NCBI GenBank assembly: GCA_039000985.1
Contig: JAWBMD010000001.1
Span: 42,538 to 106,537 of the forward strand
Origin: Candidatus Aenigmatarchaeota archaeon
Lineage (GTDB): Archaea; Aenigmatarchaeota; Aenigmatarchaeia; CG10238-14; SpSt-28
Reading direction: 5' to 3'
Length of the DNA stretch: 64,000 nt
The translations under genes and the position numbers were made by a program. Below the pieces are notes generated by a model. That model was not told the DNA's origin and searched no databases. It worked only from the letters and a program-made list of their open reading frames with translations. How positions within the stretch are numbered: position 1 is the stretch's first letter; the number at the start of each line of letters is the position of its first letter. Positions 40,685 to 49,669 of this stretch are shown here, piece by piece.

Positions 40685-42207
40685 TTCAAAAAATTTATTA
40701 GTGAATTTGATTTTTTCATTTTGTAAATTAAGCTTCTCATTTTCTTCTCTTTTTGAACAGAGCTCCAATAAAATATTTCATCCAAAGTAGATTTTGTAAT
40801 TAAATAAATAACTCTTCCAACGCTTTTTCTTCCAACTCTTCCTCTTCTTTGAATAGCTCTTATTGCGCTTGGTGCTTCATCATAAAAAATTGCTATATCA
40901 GCAGTAAAATCCAAACCTTCTTCTCCAATACTGGAGCAAACTAAACAATTGAATTCATTATTTTCAAATCTTTTCAAAATTTCTATTTGCTTTTCTTGCT
41001 TTAGTCCAATACCCTTTTTAAAAGCTTGCCCTATTAATATTTCAGATTTTATTGAATTGCTATTCAAAAATTCATTAATTTTCAAAACAGTATCTCTATA
41101 ATTAGCGAAAATTATAATTCTAACTTTTGGGTTTAATTCTATTTCTTTTTTTACTATTTCCAAAAGTTTATTAAATTTAGGATGTTCAATACCATTAGAA
41201 ATGCTTTTTATTATTTCAAAAGCTCTCCTAACTCTAAAATCTTTAACAACAGCTTTATCCGTTCTTTTCTTACTTTTAAACAAATTTTCCAAATAAGAAA
41301 GAAATGGTGTTATTCCTTGTGTTTCCAAAATTTCAGCAGCATGGAAAATTTTTATTGTTTCAGAAATTCTTTGTAATAAATGCAAATAAAATGGATTTCC
41401 TTGAGTTATGTATTGCTCAGCTATCTCATCTTTTGCTTCCAATAAAATTCTTCTACTAATTTTATCTTCTTTCAATGCTTCTTTTTCTTTTAAATATTTA
41501 AAATCTTCATCCAACCTTTCTGCTAAAATTCTAATTGCTTCTTTATATTTTTCTGGCAAATCAATATAAATCATATCTTTAAAAACTTTTTTAACATAAG
41601 GAGCTACATCAGGATCTTTTTCAGTTCTTATTTCAACATGCTCTAATGATAAAGCATTTTCTATTTCTTTTATTTTTTCTATTTTATCCGATGGAGAAGC
41701 TGTTAAACCTATTATTAATGGGAATTTTGATTTTTCTTTATAAATTTTTGCTATAAAAGTATAGGAATAATTTCCAACACTTCTATGAGCTTCATCAACA
41801 ATTAACAATGAAATATTTGATAAATCCAAACTACCATTTTTTATATCATTTTCTATTGTTTGTGGTGTGGATACAATTACTTTTGCATTTTCATATAAAC
41901 TTTTTCTTTTAGCAGGGGAAATTTTTCCTGTTATTAAAACAAAATTATTTTCCTCTAACTTTAAATTTTCTTTAAATGATTTGTATTGCTGAGAGCAAAG
42001 AGGTCTTGTTGGAGCCAAAATCAATATTTTACTTTCTGGATAAATAGATAATCTATGAGAAGCTATCATTATCGCTATTATTGTTTTTCCAAGGCTTGTT
42101 GGTAAAACTATCAAAGAATTTTTATCTTTGCAATTATTTGCTATTTTTAATTGATATTCCCTTCTTTCTATTTTTTCGCTTTTTATTAGCTCTAGATTTA
42201 AATCCAT
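40681..42207 (-). CDS. Hef/FANCM-like SF2 helicase (helicase domain only)
   Basis: REYQ, LPTSLGKT, APTRPL, DEAH, GLTASP, GEEGLD, QRRGRVGR; no C-terminal ERCC4 nuclease. Confidence 0.9.
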   Translation of the reverse strand: MDLNLELIKSEKIERREYQLKIANNCKDKNSLIVLPTSLGKTIIAIMIASHRLSIYPESKILILAPTRPLCSQQYKSFKENLKLEENNFVLITGKISPAKRKSLYENAKVIVSTPQTIENDIKNGSLDLSNISLLIVDEAHRSVGNYSYTFIAKIYKEKSKFPLIIGLTASPSDKIEKIKEIENALSLEHVEIRTEKDPDVAPYVKKVFKDMIYIDLPEKYKEAIRILAERLDEDFKYLKEKEALKEDKISRRILLEAKDEIAEQYITQGNPFYLHLLQRISETIKIFHAAEILETQGITPFLSYLENLFKSKKRTDKAVVKDFRVRRAFEIIKSISNGIEHPKFNKLLEIVKKEIELNPKVRIIIFANYRDTVLKINEFLNSNSIKSEILIGQAFKKGIGLKQEKQIEILKRFENNEFNCLVCSSIGEEGLDFTADIAIFYDEAPSAIRAIQRRGRVGRKSVGRVIYLITKSTLDEIFYWSSVQKEKKMRSLIYKMKKSNSLINFLK

Positions 42208-42215
42208 AAATTAAT

Positions 42216-42692
42216 TCAAATAATTTCAGAAATATTTTTACATTCTTTTTCTATAGTGATATGTGTAGTGCTTTTTTCTATATCTTCTGCAAGCAAAAAT
42301 CTTTTAATGAAAAATGTTAATTCATTATTATTTCTAAAAAAGCATCTAATTAGCAAATCATTTTCCCCACTTATTTCACTTATTTCTAAAACATTTAAAT
42401 GCTCCATAAGTTTTTTCTTAATAGCTTTTATAAAGGCATTCGATTTTGCTTTAATCAATATAACAGCTTCAATTTCTAATCCAAGCTTTTGAAGGTCAAT
42501 TTCCATTCCAAATTTTTTTATAACACCAGCTTTCATCATTTTTTCAACCCTTTTTATTACTGTTACTGTTGTTACACCAACTTCTTTTGCAACCTGATTA
42601 AAAGATTTTCTGCTATCTTTTTCCAATGAACTTATTATTTTTTTATCAATCTCATCTATAAAGTAAACTTTTGTTTTATTGTTCCTAGGCAC
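42216..42692 (-). CDS. Lrp/AsnC family transcriptional regulator
   Basis: DEIDKKII..LEKDSR HTH, GVIKKF, SGENDL. Confidence 0.92.
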   Translation of the reverse strand: MPRNNKTKVYFIDEIDKKIISSLEKDSRKSFNQVAKEVGVTTVTVIKRVEKMMKAGVIKKFGMEIDLQKLGLEIEAVILIKAKSNAFIKAIKKKLMEHLNVLEISEISGENDLLIRCFFRNNNELTFFIKRFLLAEDIEKSTTHITIEKECKNISEII

Positions 42693-42716
42693 AATTAAAT
42701 ATTAGTTTAATAAATT

Positions 42717-43631
42717 TTATTTGTTTTCAGCTTCTAAGCTTTTTATAATTTCCAAAGCAGCTTTACAACCATCTCCAGCAGCTGTTATTGCTTGCATATA
42801 TTTAAAATCAACACAGTCACCAGCAGCAAAAACACCTTTAATGCTAGTTTCAAATTTATTATCAACTTTTATATAACCATTTTCATCCATTTCCAAGATT
42901 CCCTTAAAAATTTCTGTATTTGGTGCATGACCAATTGCTAAAAAAACTCCATCACAATTAAAAATTTCGCTTTCATTATTTTTAACATTTTTTAGTAAGA
43001 CAGCTTCAACTTTTTCACTTCCAATTATTTTTTCAACTACAAAAGGAACTTTGAATTTAACATTTTCAAGCAATTTAACTTTTTCAACCATTATTTTGCT
43101 TGCTTTAAATTCCTCTCTTCTATGAACTACTGTAACATCTTTAGAAAATTTAGAAAGTGTTAAAGCATATTCCATAGCTGTATCTCCACCACCAACAACT
43201 ACAACTTTTTTGTTTTTAAAGAGAGGAGCATCACACGTTGCACAAGTAGAAACTCCTCTTCCAATTAATTCTTTTTCTCCTCCAATTCCTAAAAGCTTTG
43301 GTTTTGCTCCAGTTGCAATTAAAACTCTTTTTGCTTCAAATACATCTTCTTCAACAATTACTTTAAATGGTTTTGATGAAAAATCTACTTTTGTTGCATT
43401 TTTTTCTATTATTTCAATCCCAAGCTCTTTAACTTGCTCAATCATCCTTTCCATTAATTCTCTACCAAGAATGCTTTTAAATCCTGGAAAGTTTTCAACA
43501 TAGCTTGTTAGCATTAATTGACCACCATATTCATAACCAGCTATTAACAATGTTTTTAGTTTATTTCTAGCTAAGTAAATGCTAGCAGTGCAACCAGCTG
43601 GGCCTGAACCAATTACTATTGCATCGTACAT
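42717..43631 (-). CDS. trxB: Thioredoxin reductase
   Basis: GSGPAG, GGQL, ENFPG, CATCD, GGGDTA, FAAGD, QAITAAG.G. Confidence 0.96.
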   Translation of the reverse strand: MYDAIVIGSGPAGCTASIYLARNKLKTLLIAGYEYGGQLMLTSYVENFPGFKSILGRELMERMIEQVKELGIEIIEKNATKVDFSSKPFKVIVEEDVFEAKRVLIATGAKPKLLGIGGEKELIGRGVSTCATCDAPLFKNKKVVVVGGGDTAMEYALTLSKFSKDVTVVHRREEFKASKIMVEKVKLLENVKFKVPFVVEKIIGSEKVEAVLLKNVKNNESEIFNCDGVFLAIGHAPNTEIFKGILEMDENGYIKVDNKFETSIKGVFAAGDCVDFKYMQAITAAGDGCKAALEIIKSLEAENK

Positions 43632-44056
43632 AAATTTAGATATTGTTTTAATCTTTTAATTGGAAAAAAGTTTAATATTTTACCATTTTTATAATATCCA
43701 GAACCCAAATAATATTCTTTAAACTTAACTACAACAAAATTTTCATCCATGTTTAAATTCTTTTCTATTTCATTACCAGAAAGCCATTTTTTTAAATCTT
43801 CTTCATTTAGCTCAACAACATTTTTCTTAATATTTTTTCCAAATAAGCTTGTTGCATCTAACGAAAAAACAAATTTGTTATTTCTTTTTATTTTACCTAG
43901 ATATAAGCCATAATACTTAACTTTTATATTTATTGTATTCATTACATGAAAAGCATCTTTTGTTAAAATTCTAACTTTATCATTTTTTTGCTTTATTATT
44001 TCAAGTTTATCAAGCTTTAATCCATATCTTTTCTCTATTATTTCATCAACTTGCAT
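43616..44056 (-). CDS. PUA-like partner of RsmB/NOP2 methyltransferase
   Basis: GLYLGKI, KNVVEL...WLSG, LG.G...GKILNFFP; coupled to the m5C methyltransferase. Confidence 0.75.
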   Translation of the reverse strand: MQVDEIIEKRYGLKLDKLEIIKQKNDKVRILTKDAFHVMNTINIKVKYYGLYLGKIKRNNKFVFSLDATSLFGKNIKKNVVELNEEDLKKWLSGNEIEKNLNMDENFVVVKFKEYYLGSGYYKNGKILNFFPIKRLKQYLNLCTMQ

Positions 44057-44823
44057 ATGAAAAATTTTTCTTGGTATGGAAGATTAATTCTATAAGTATT
44101 TTTTATGAAAGATCCTTCCAAGCTATATTTTTCAAAATTTTTTATTTCAACAGTTTCGCAACTTGTTTTTTGAATGCAATATTTAATAACTTCTTCATTT
44201 TCTTCATTTAATATTGAGCATGTAGAATAAACAATAAAGCCATCATTTTTAATGCAATTGAAAGCATTTATTAGCAAAGATTTTTGTAGAGATGATAATT
44301 TTTTTATTTGGGTTTCGCTAACTTTCAAATTATCATAAACTCCTGTAGCACTGCATGGTACGTCAAGTAATATTCTATCAAATTTTAAATTACATTTTTT
44401 CAAAAATTTAACTCCATCAATCATTGTAACTATTGTATTTAATACTCCACATCTTTGCAAGTTAAATGTTAAGCTTTTAATTCTTTTTTCTTTTATATCA
44501 TTAGCGATTATACAGCCAGTATTTTCCATTATTTGAGCAATTTGTGTTGTTTTTGCTCCTGGAGAGGCACATAAATCTAAAACCAAGCTATTCTTTTCAA
44601 TATCTAAAATTATTGGGACGAGCATACTGCTTGCATCTTGAATAAAGATATATCCTAAAAAGTGTTCCATTTCTTTTGCTATATTTTTTCCATTTTCTTC
44701 AACAAAAAATCCATAATCGCAATAGCTTATTTTTTCTAAAGAGTAATTTTTTTCTTCCAAGCTTTTAACAACATCCTTTACATTAGCTTTCAATGTATTT
44801 ATTCTTATTGCTTTTTTCTTCAT
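44038..44823 (-). CDS. RsmB/NOP2 family RNA m5C methyltransferase
   Basis: IRINTLK, IQDASS, DLCASPGAKTT, DVPCS, VYSTCS, ENE. Confidence 0.94.
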   Translation of the reverse strand: MKKKAIRINTLKANVKDVVKSLEEKNYSLEKISYCDYGFFVEENGKNIAKEMEHFLGYIFIQDASSMLVPIILDIEKNSLVLDLCASPGAKTTQIAQIMENTGCIIANDIKEKRIKSLTFNLQRCGVLNTIVTMIDGVKFLKKCNLKFDRILLDVPCSATGVYDNLKVSETQIKKLSSLQKSLLINAFNCIKNDGFIVYSTCSILNEENEEVIKYCIQKTSCETVEIKNFEKYSLEGSFIKNTYRINLPYQEKFFICKLMK

Positions 44824-44832
44824 AATTATTTT

Positions 44833-46560
44833 ATGAATGGTTTTGACTTAATAATTGCTGAAAAGCAAAAGGCTGCTGAAAAAATAGCAAGAGCTTTAAG
44901 TAATGGTAATTATAAGGTAAATAAATGGAGGTTTTATCAATTTGGAAATTATTTAGTTGTTTATGCAAAAGGTCATTTGTTTAAATTAGATACTAGAGAT
45001 AAAGTATGGAATTATCCAACTTTTGAAGCTGAATGGTTTCCAGTTAATAAAGAAATTAGAAAATATATTTCCATTTTAAGAGAAGTTTGTAATAAGTGTA
45101 GAAATGTTATAATAGCAACTGATTATGATATAGAGGGTGATGTTATTGGTTATAATATTTTAAGGTTTATTTTGAAAAGAAAAAATGCTTATAGGGCAAA
45201 ATTTTCTGCTTTAACTGAATCAGAAATAAAAAAGGCATTTTCAAATTTAATGAATTCTTTAGATTCGAATCATGTTTATGCAGGATTAACTAGGCATTAT
45301 TTAGATTTTTATTGGGGAATTAATCTTACAAGAGCTTTAACAAAAATAGTTAATAATGGCAAAATAATTTCTTGTGGAAGAGTACAAACACCAACTCTAA
45401 ACTTAATTTTGGAAAGAGAGTCAGAGATTAGAAATTTTATACCAAAAGATTTTTGGGTAATAAAAGCTTTGTTTGATAAAAATGGCGAAAAGTTTTATGG
45501 AGAATATATAGAAGGAAGAGTTTTCGATAAGGAGAAAGCATTTAAAATATTTGATGAATGCAATAAAGCTAAGGATGTGAAAATAGAAAGCATCGAATCT
45601 AAAAAAATAAAAGTTAAACCATTACCACCATTTAATTTAACTTCATTACAATCAGAAGCTTACAAATTTTTTAAATTTTCTCCTTCAAAAACATTAAAAA
45701 TAGCTGAAGAATTGTACTTAGATGGTTTTATAACATATCCAAGAACATCTAGCGAAAAAATGCCAAAGGGTATGAATTTGAAAGAAATATTAAACGATTT
45801 AGCTAAATTTAAAAACTATTATGATTTTGTTTCAAAAATATTTTCAAAAAGAGAGTTGAGATATATAGAAGGTAAAAAAGAGGACCCTGCACATCCAGCT
45901 ATAATACCAACTGGAAAAATTCCTTATAAAATTAGTAGCGAGCAATTTAAAATATTTGATTTAATAGCTAGAAGATTTATTAATTGTTTTTTCAATGATT
46001 TAATACTTCACGAACAAAAAGTAATTTTAAACATAAATGGGTATAAATTTATTGTTTTTGGTAGAGCTATTATTGAAAATGGATGGATAGAGGTTTATCC
46101 AAAGAAAATAAAAGAAAATTTAATCCCAAAATTAAACTATAATGATAAGATATTATTAATAAAAGTTGAGATATTAAAAGGTAAGACAGCTCCACCAAAT
46201 AGATACAATTTATCAGAGCTAATAAAAACAATGGAAAATTTAAAATTGGGAACAAAAACAACAAGAGCAGAAATAATAGAAACTTTATTTAGAAGAAATT
46301 TTATAAAGGGAAAAAAGACAGTTGAAATAACTCCTTGGGGGGAAACTGTTATAAATGTTGTAAAACCAATAGTTCCAATAATAACAAGTGTTGAAATGAC
46401 TAGAAAGTTTGAGGAATATATGGAAGAAATAATGCAAGGAAAAAGAGATATGGAAAGTGTTTTAAGAGAAGCTAAAGCTTTTATAACTAATGTTATAAAT
46501 GAGCTTGAAAAAAGAAAGGAAGAAATAAAGAATAGTTTCAATAAAGTTCAGACTCACTAA
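44833..46560 (+). CDS. topA: DNA topoisomerase IA (no C-terminal Zn ribbons)
   Basis: IAEK, GHL, ATDYDIEG, GRVQTPTL, catalytic ITYPRT, AHPAIIPT, LGTKTTRA. Confidence 0.95.
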   Translation: MNGFDLIIAEKQKAAEKIARALSNGNYKVNKWRFYQFGNYLVVYAKGHLFKLDTRDKVWNYPTFEAEWFPVNKEIRKYISILREVCNKCRNVIIATDYDIEGDVIGYNILRFILKRKNAYRAKFSALTESEIKKAFSNLMNSLDSNHVYAGLTRHYLDFYWGINLTRALTKIVNNGKIISCGRVQTPTLNLILERESEIRNFIPKDFWVIKALFDKNGEKFYGEYIEGRVFDKEKAFKIFDECNKAKDVKIESIESKKIKVKPLPPFNLTSLQSEAYKFFKFSPSKTLKIAEELYLDGFITYPRTSSEKMPKGMNLKEILNDLAKFKNYYDFVSKIFSKRELRYIEGKKEDPAHPAIIPTGKIPYKISSEQFKIFDLIARRFINCFFNDLILHEQKVILNINGYKFIVFGRAIIENGWIEVYPKKIKENLIPKLNYNDKILLIKVEILKGKTAPPNRYNLSELIKTMENLKLGTKTTRAEIIETLFRRNFIKGKKTVEITPWGETVINVVKPIVPIITSVEMTRKFEEYMEEIMQGKRDMESVLREAKAFITNVINELEKRKEEIKNSFNKVQTH

Positions 46561-46801
46561 TTATTACAAAATCTCCTATGCTTTTTACTGCCGAGAATGG
46601 TATTACTATTTTTCCTTTTTCATTTTTCTTTAAATTTAATTGTGAAGCATAGCTTGTTGGCTGGCCAGCAATTATATTTATTAGCTCTCCAGTTTCAACT
46701 ACAAATTCTACATTTTCAACTACACCAAGCTTTCTTCCATTTTCTTCGCTTATTATGGTTTTTCCTATTATATCAACAGCTCTAACTCTACTTTCTGGCA
46801 T
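46538..46801 (-). CDS. PRC-barrel protein (CdpB-like)
   Basis: IIGKTII...G..LG.V.N...ETGEL...IPFSAVKSIGDFVII. Confidence 0.85.
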   Translation of the reverse strand: MPESRVRAVDIIGKTIISEENGRKLGVVENVEFVVETGELINIIAGQPTSYASQLNLKKNEKGKIVIPFSAVKSIGDFVIISESELY

Positions 46802-46830
46802 ATTTTAACTTTAGATAATAAAAATAAATT

Positions 46831-47121
46831 ATGGCAAAAGTAATTGTTCAGGATGTTTATGATGTAATAGGATTGGGCAATATTGTTTTATGTTATATTA
46901 AAGAGGGTACTTTAAGGGTTGGCATGGTTACTAAATATAAAAATTATGTTTTAAGGGTTGCTATGATAGAAAGTAAAAATGAAAGAAAAGAATATGCAGA
47001 GGAAAAAGAGTTTTGTGGGGTAAAATTAATACCTAATGAATTTTCTTTAGCAGATATATTTTTTGGAAAGGGAGAAAAAATAGTTAAAGAGCTTAAAGGA
47101 GTTTTATTGGAGTTTTCTTAG
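46831..47121 (+). CDS. Stand-alone EF-Tu domain II-like beta-barrel protein
   Basis: VQDVYDVIGLGNIV...IKEGTLRVGM...IE pattern. Confidence 0.65.
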   Translation: MAKVIVQDVYDVIGLGNIVLCYIKEGTLRVGMVTKYKNYVLRVAMIESKNERKEYAEEKEFCGVKLIPNEFSLADIFFGKGEKIVKELKGVLLEFS

Positions 47122-47193
47122 TGGACCAGCCGGGATTTGAACCCGGAGCCTTCGCTCAGCCAAAGCGACGTGCTACCATTGCACCACTGGCCC
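47122..47193 (-). tRNA. tRNA-Ala(GGC), atypical U37; CCA not encoded
   Basis: GGGCCAG/CTGGTCC-A acceptor with G3:U70; D stem GTGC/GCAC; anticodon arm TCGCT-TTGGCTG-AGCGA; T arm CCGGG-TTCAAAT-CCCGG. Confidence 0.9.
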
Positions 47194-48508
47194 ATTCCTT
47201 AAATTCTTTAATAGTTGGAAAAAATAAATCAATATATTGTTTAATTAAATATTTATCCACACCACATATCTTTATTTTTTTATTTGTTATACCTATAACC
47301 TTTATTTTCTTACTTACTAAATTTTTTATCATAAATCCATAGCCTATCAAACTTTTGATGTTTTTTTCGCTGACAAAAACCGCTGTAGAATTAAAAAAAT
47401 TATCACTCACAATGTAAGTTCCATACTTCGTTTCCAGTATAGTCTTTCCTTTTGGACGTAGGTTATTTTTTTCTAAAATATTTTGTATATTTTTTTCGAG
47501 TTTGTCTAATGGTTTTTTCTTTTCTATTAATGCGCCTCTAAGTGAATTTTTATTAATTAATCGAGCATAGAAATTAGATAAAAATCTTTTGAAATTTTTC
47601 ATTTTCCCTTGAAGAATTTTAGTTCTTAGTTTTCTTAATTGAGTGATATCTAGGAGTATTGGAATTATATTATTTTCAATTAACAATAGTGTTGCTTCTA
47701 TTGGGAATCGTTCTTTTTTATAAGTATACTTTTTAACAAACCATGAAGTTACTATAAATTCTTTTTTTATTTTCTTTCTTTTTTCAAAAATTTTAGCTAT
47801 TTCATAAAAAAGTAGAGCTTTACTCTTTCTGAATCCTAGAACTTCTTCAACAAAATTATTTCTATAGTGAAAATCTACGCACCATCCACCTATCGGTACA
47901 TGAACATCAAATGGTATATTTGCTTTTAAGTTCTCTTTTACAATCTTCTTTTCACGCTCTGTCAAGGGTGAGTTTTTTGCTCCAAGTGTTCCAAGCATCT
48001 TAAAGTAGTAGTTCCCATATTTTTTGATTAAGGTTTTCATTACTTTACTTCTAATTTTTTTGGAAGCTAGTATCTTTAACACATGCTTGCGTCTAAGTTC
48101 TTTAAATTTTTTATACATTTTTTTATTCAACTTAATTTTTTTATACCATAAAAGTAAAGAGTTGCGTCTTCTTTTGTTTCTAGCCAATTCAAGTTGTTTA
48201 AGGAACTTTTCATTTCCCCATTTCTTAATTCGTGCTTTTACACTATTTTTCCCACCTTTAATTTGTCCCCAGCTTGATTTTAATATTTGTACTTCTTTTA
48301 AAATTGTTTCTTTTTCTGGATACTCGTTTAATAGATCATTAAAAATATCCTTTGGAATGGTACATTCTAAACGTAGCCATCTTTTTAGTGTTGAATATGA
48401 AATACCATATTTTTTACTGAGTTCTGTTTTGGTCAGATGAAGAAGTCTAGATTTATTTTCTATTAAAGTTTTTATGAGTGATTTCGATTCGATTTTAACT
48501 CTTTCCAT
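47156..48508 (-). CDS. Basic HTH plus tandem Vsr/PD-(D/E)XK-like putative endonuclease overlapping tRNA-Ala
   Basis: N-terminal HTH (ELSKKYGISYSTLKRW), WGQIKGG, two repeats PLTEREKKI...VDF...EEV and PLDKLEKNI...SDNF; 450 aa, K/R-rich. Confidence 0.6.
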   Translation of the reverse strand: MERVKIESKSLIKTLIENKSRLLHLTKTELSKKYGISYSTLKRWLRLECTIPKDIFNDLLNEYPEKETILKEVQILKSSWGQIKGGKNSVKARIKKWGNEKFLKQLELARNKRRRNSLLLWYKKIKLNKKMYKKFKELRRKHVLKILASKKIRSKVMKTLIKKYGNYYFKMLGTLGAKNSPLTEREKKIVKENLKANIPFDVHVPIGGWCVDFHYRNNFVEEVLGFRKSKALLFYEIAKIFEKRKKIKKEFIVTSWFVKKYTYKKERFPIEATLLLIENNIIPILLDITQLRKLRTKILQGKMKNFKRFLSNFYARLINKNSLRGALIEKKKPLDKLEKNIQNILEKNNLRPKGKTILETKYGTYIVSDNFFNSTAVFVSEKNIKSLIGYGFMIKNLVSKKIKVIGITNKKIKICGVDKYLIKQYIDLFFPTIKEFKEWASGAMVARRFG

Positions 48509-48550
48509 CGGTACGGATATATATTAGAAAATTTATTTAAATATTTCCGT

Positions 48551-48568
48551 CATTTGAGCTACTGAACC
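48551..48568 (-). other. Orphan tRNA 5' fragment (GGTTCAGTAGCTCAAATG)
   Basis: 7-nt acceptor strand, TA, GCTC, AA-TG matches tRNA positions 1-18; no matching remainder follows. Confidence 0.5.
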
Positions 48569-48616
48569 TATTTTTCTCAAAGTTTTTAGTAGTTGAAAAT
48601 AAAATTCTAATTTCTC

Positions 48617-48859
48617 TTACAATTCTTTTCTTATTGCAAGATAATTATCTATAGCTTCTTTAATATCAACTGTTATTACAGTTCCATTTGGCAAAGTTCT
48701 TCTTATTGTCATTGGTAATAGCTTATTTTTAAATTCTTCTTTTGCTATTTCTCTTGGATTATAGCTTTTTGCTTTTATGAAATAAGGTGCTCCTAATGAA
48801 ATTTGCATTGCTCGAGCAGAAATTATTCTAGCTACCTCATACTTTGTCAAAATGTTCAT
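48617..48859 (-). CDS. rpoK: DNA-directed RNA polymerase subunit Rpo6 (K)
   Basis: LTKYEVARIISARAMQISLGAP...LPMTIRR.LP. Confidence 0.96.
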   Translation of the reverse strand: MNILTKYEVARIISARAMQISLGAPYFIKAKSYNPREIAKEEFKNKLLPMTIRRTLPNGTVITVDIKEAIDNYLAIRKEL

Positions 48860-49050
48860 AAAACATATTTTTCTATTTAGAATTTTTATTTGTTATGGTT
48901 GTATATAGTATTTATAATTTGATATGTATTTATTCCATAGGGTTGTGGTATTTTGACTTAATTTTTGTTTAAGCTTTACAAAAAAGAAAATAAAATTAGT
49001 TTTTTAAGTATACAAGGAAATACTTGAATTTGTCAGCTAGATTTGTTAAA

Positions 49051-49431
49051 TTATAAAATAACAGGACCTCTATATCTTGAAATATCTATGGAAAACTCCC
49101 TCTTTTCATTATTATATTCTGTGTTAATTATTTTGTAAGAAATATTTGGAAATTTGATTTATAGTAAAAGCCTTTCTTGGGAATATATTTGACCTTCTGG
49201 AGTTCGCCACATTCTACTTATTTTTATCGAATCTACATACTCTCTGAGTCGTTCAAGATCTTCTAAAAGATTAATGTTTAGAAAATCTTCTGTAATTCTT
49301 CCATCTCCCCATCCATTAACTACTTTTCTTAAAATTATTTTCTTTACATCTTTTGGTAGGTATGGTTCTATTGTTGTAGGTATTATAAAATAAATTATCA
49401 AATAAAAATATTAATATTTTGTGTCAATCAT
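49051..49431 (-). pseudogene. Probable decayed gene of unknown function
   Basis: The 80-aa ORF frame continues past TAA for 35 more codons (IKFPNISYK...GPVIL) and upstream across another TAA to an ATG at 49431. Confidence 0.45.
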
Positions 49432-49669
49432 GTTCTTCTATATAACCTTTTAGCAAGCTTTGAATGAAAAGTCATCATGTTTTTCTTTTTTTAACTTAAG
49501 CTATTTCATGCCTTATTTTTCACTATATTGTTTTGCTTTCTTATAGTATTTTTTAGATATTTCTCATTTTCTGTAAAAATTAATAATGAAGGATGAAAAT
49601 TTATCGTATCTTAACAGCTTTTCTTTTGCTCATGTATATAAAAATATCGCTTAAAACATAAAAACTATT

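Noticed and set aside
47122..47193. Reading this tRNA as Pro(TGG)
   Set aside because: The 5-bp stem centres GGC in the 7-nt loop, and G3:U70 plus A73 are alanine determinants
47121..47342. ORF MDQPGFEPGAFAQPKRR
   Set aside because: GFEP is the translated antisense of the tRNA T arm; shadow of tRNA-Ala
48491..48508. ATGGAAAG-A-GTTAAAATC resembles the end and start of the CRISPR repeat
   Set aside because: Two short pieces in permuted order inside a start-codon region; most likely coincidence
47194..48550. ORF as a giant tRNA intron joining the 5' fragment to the downstream tRNA
   Set aside because: The downstream tRNA is already complete, its D stem (GCAC) does not fully pair with the fragment's GCTC, and no bulge-helix-bulge was found
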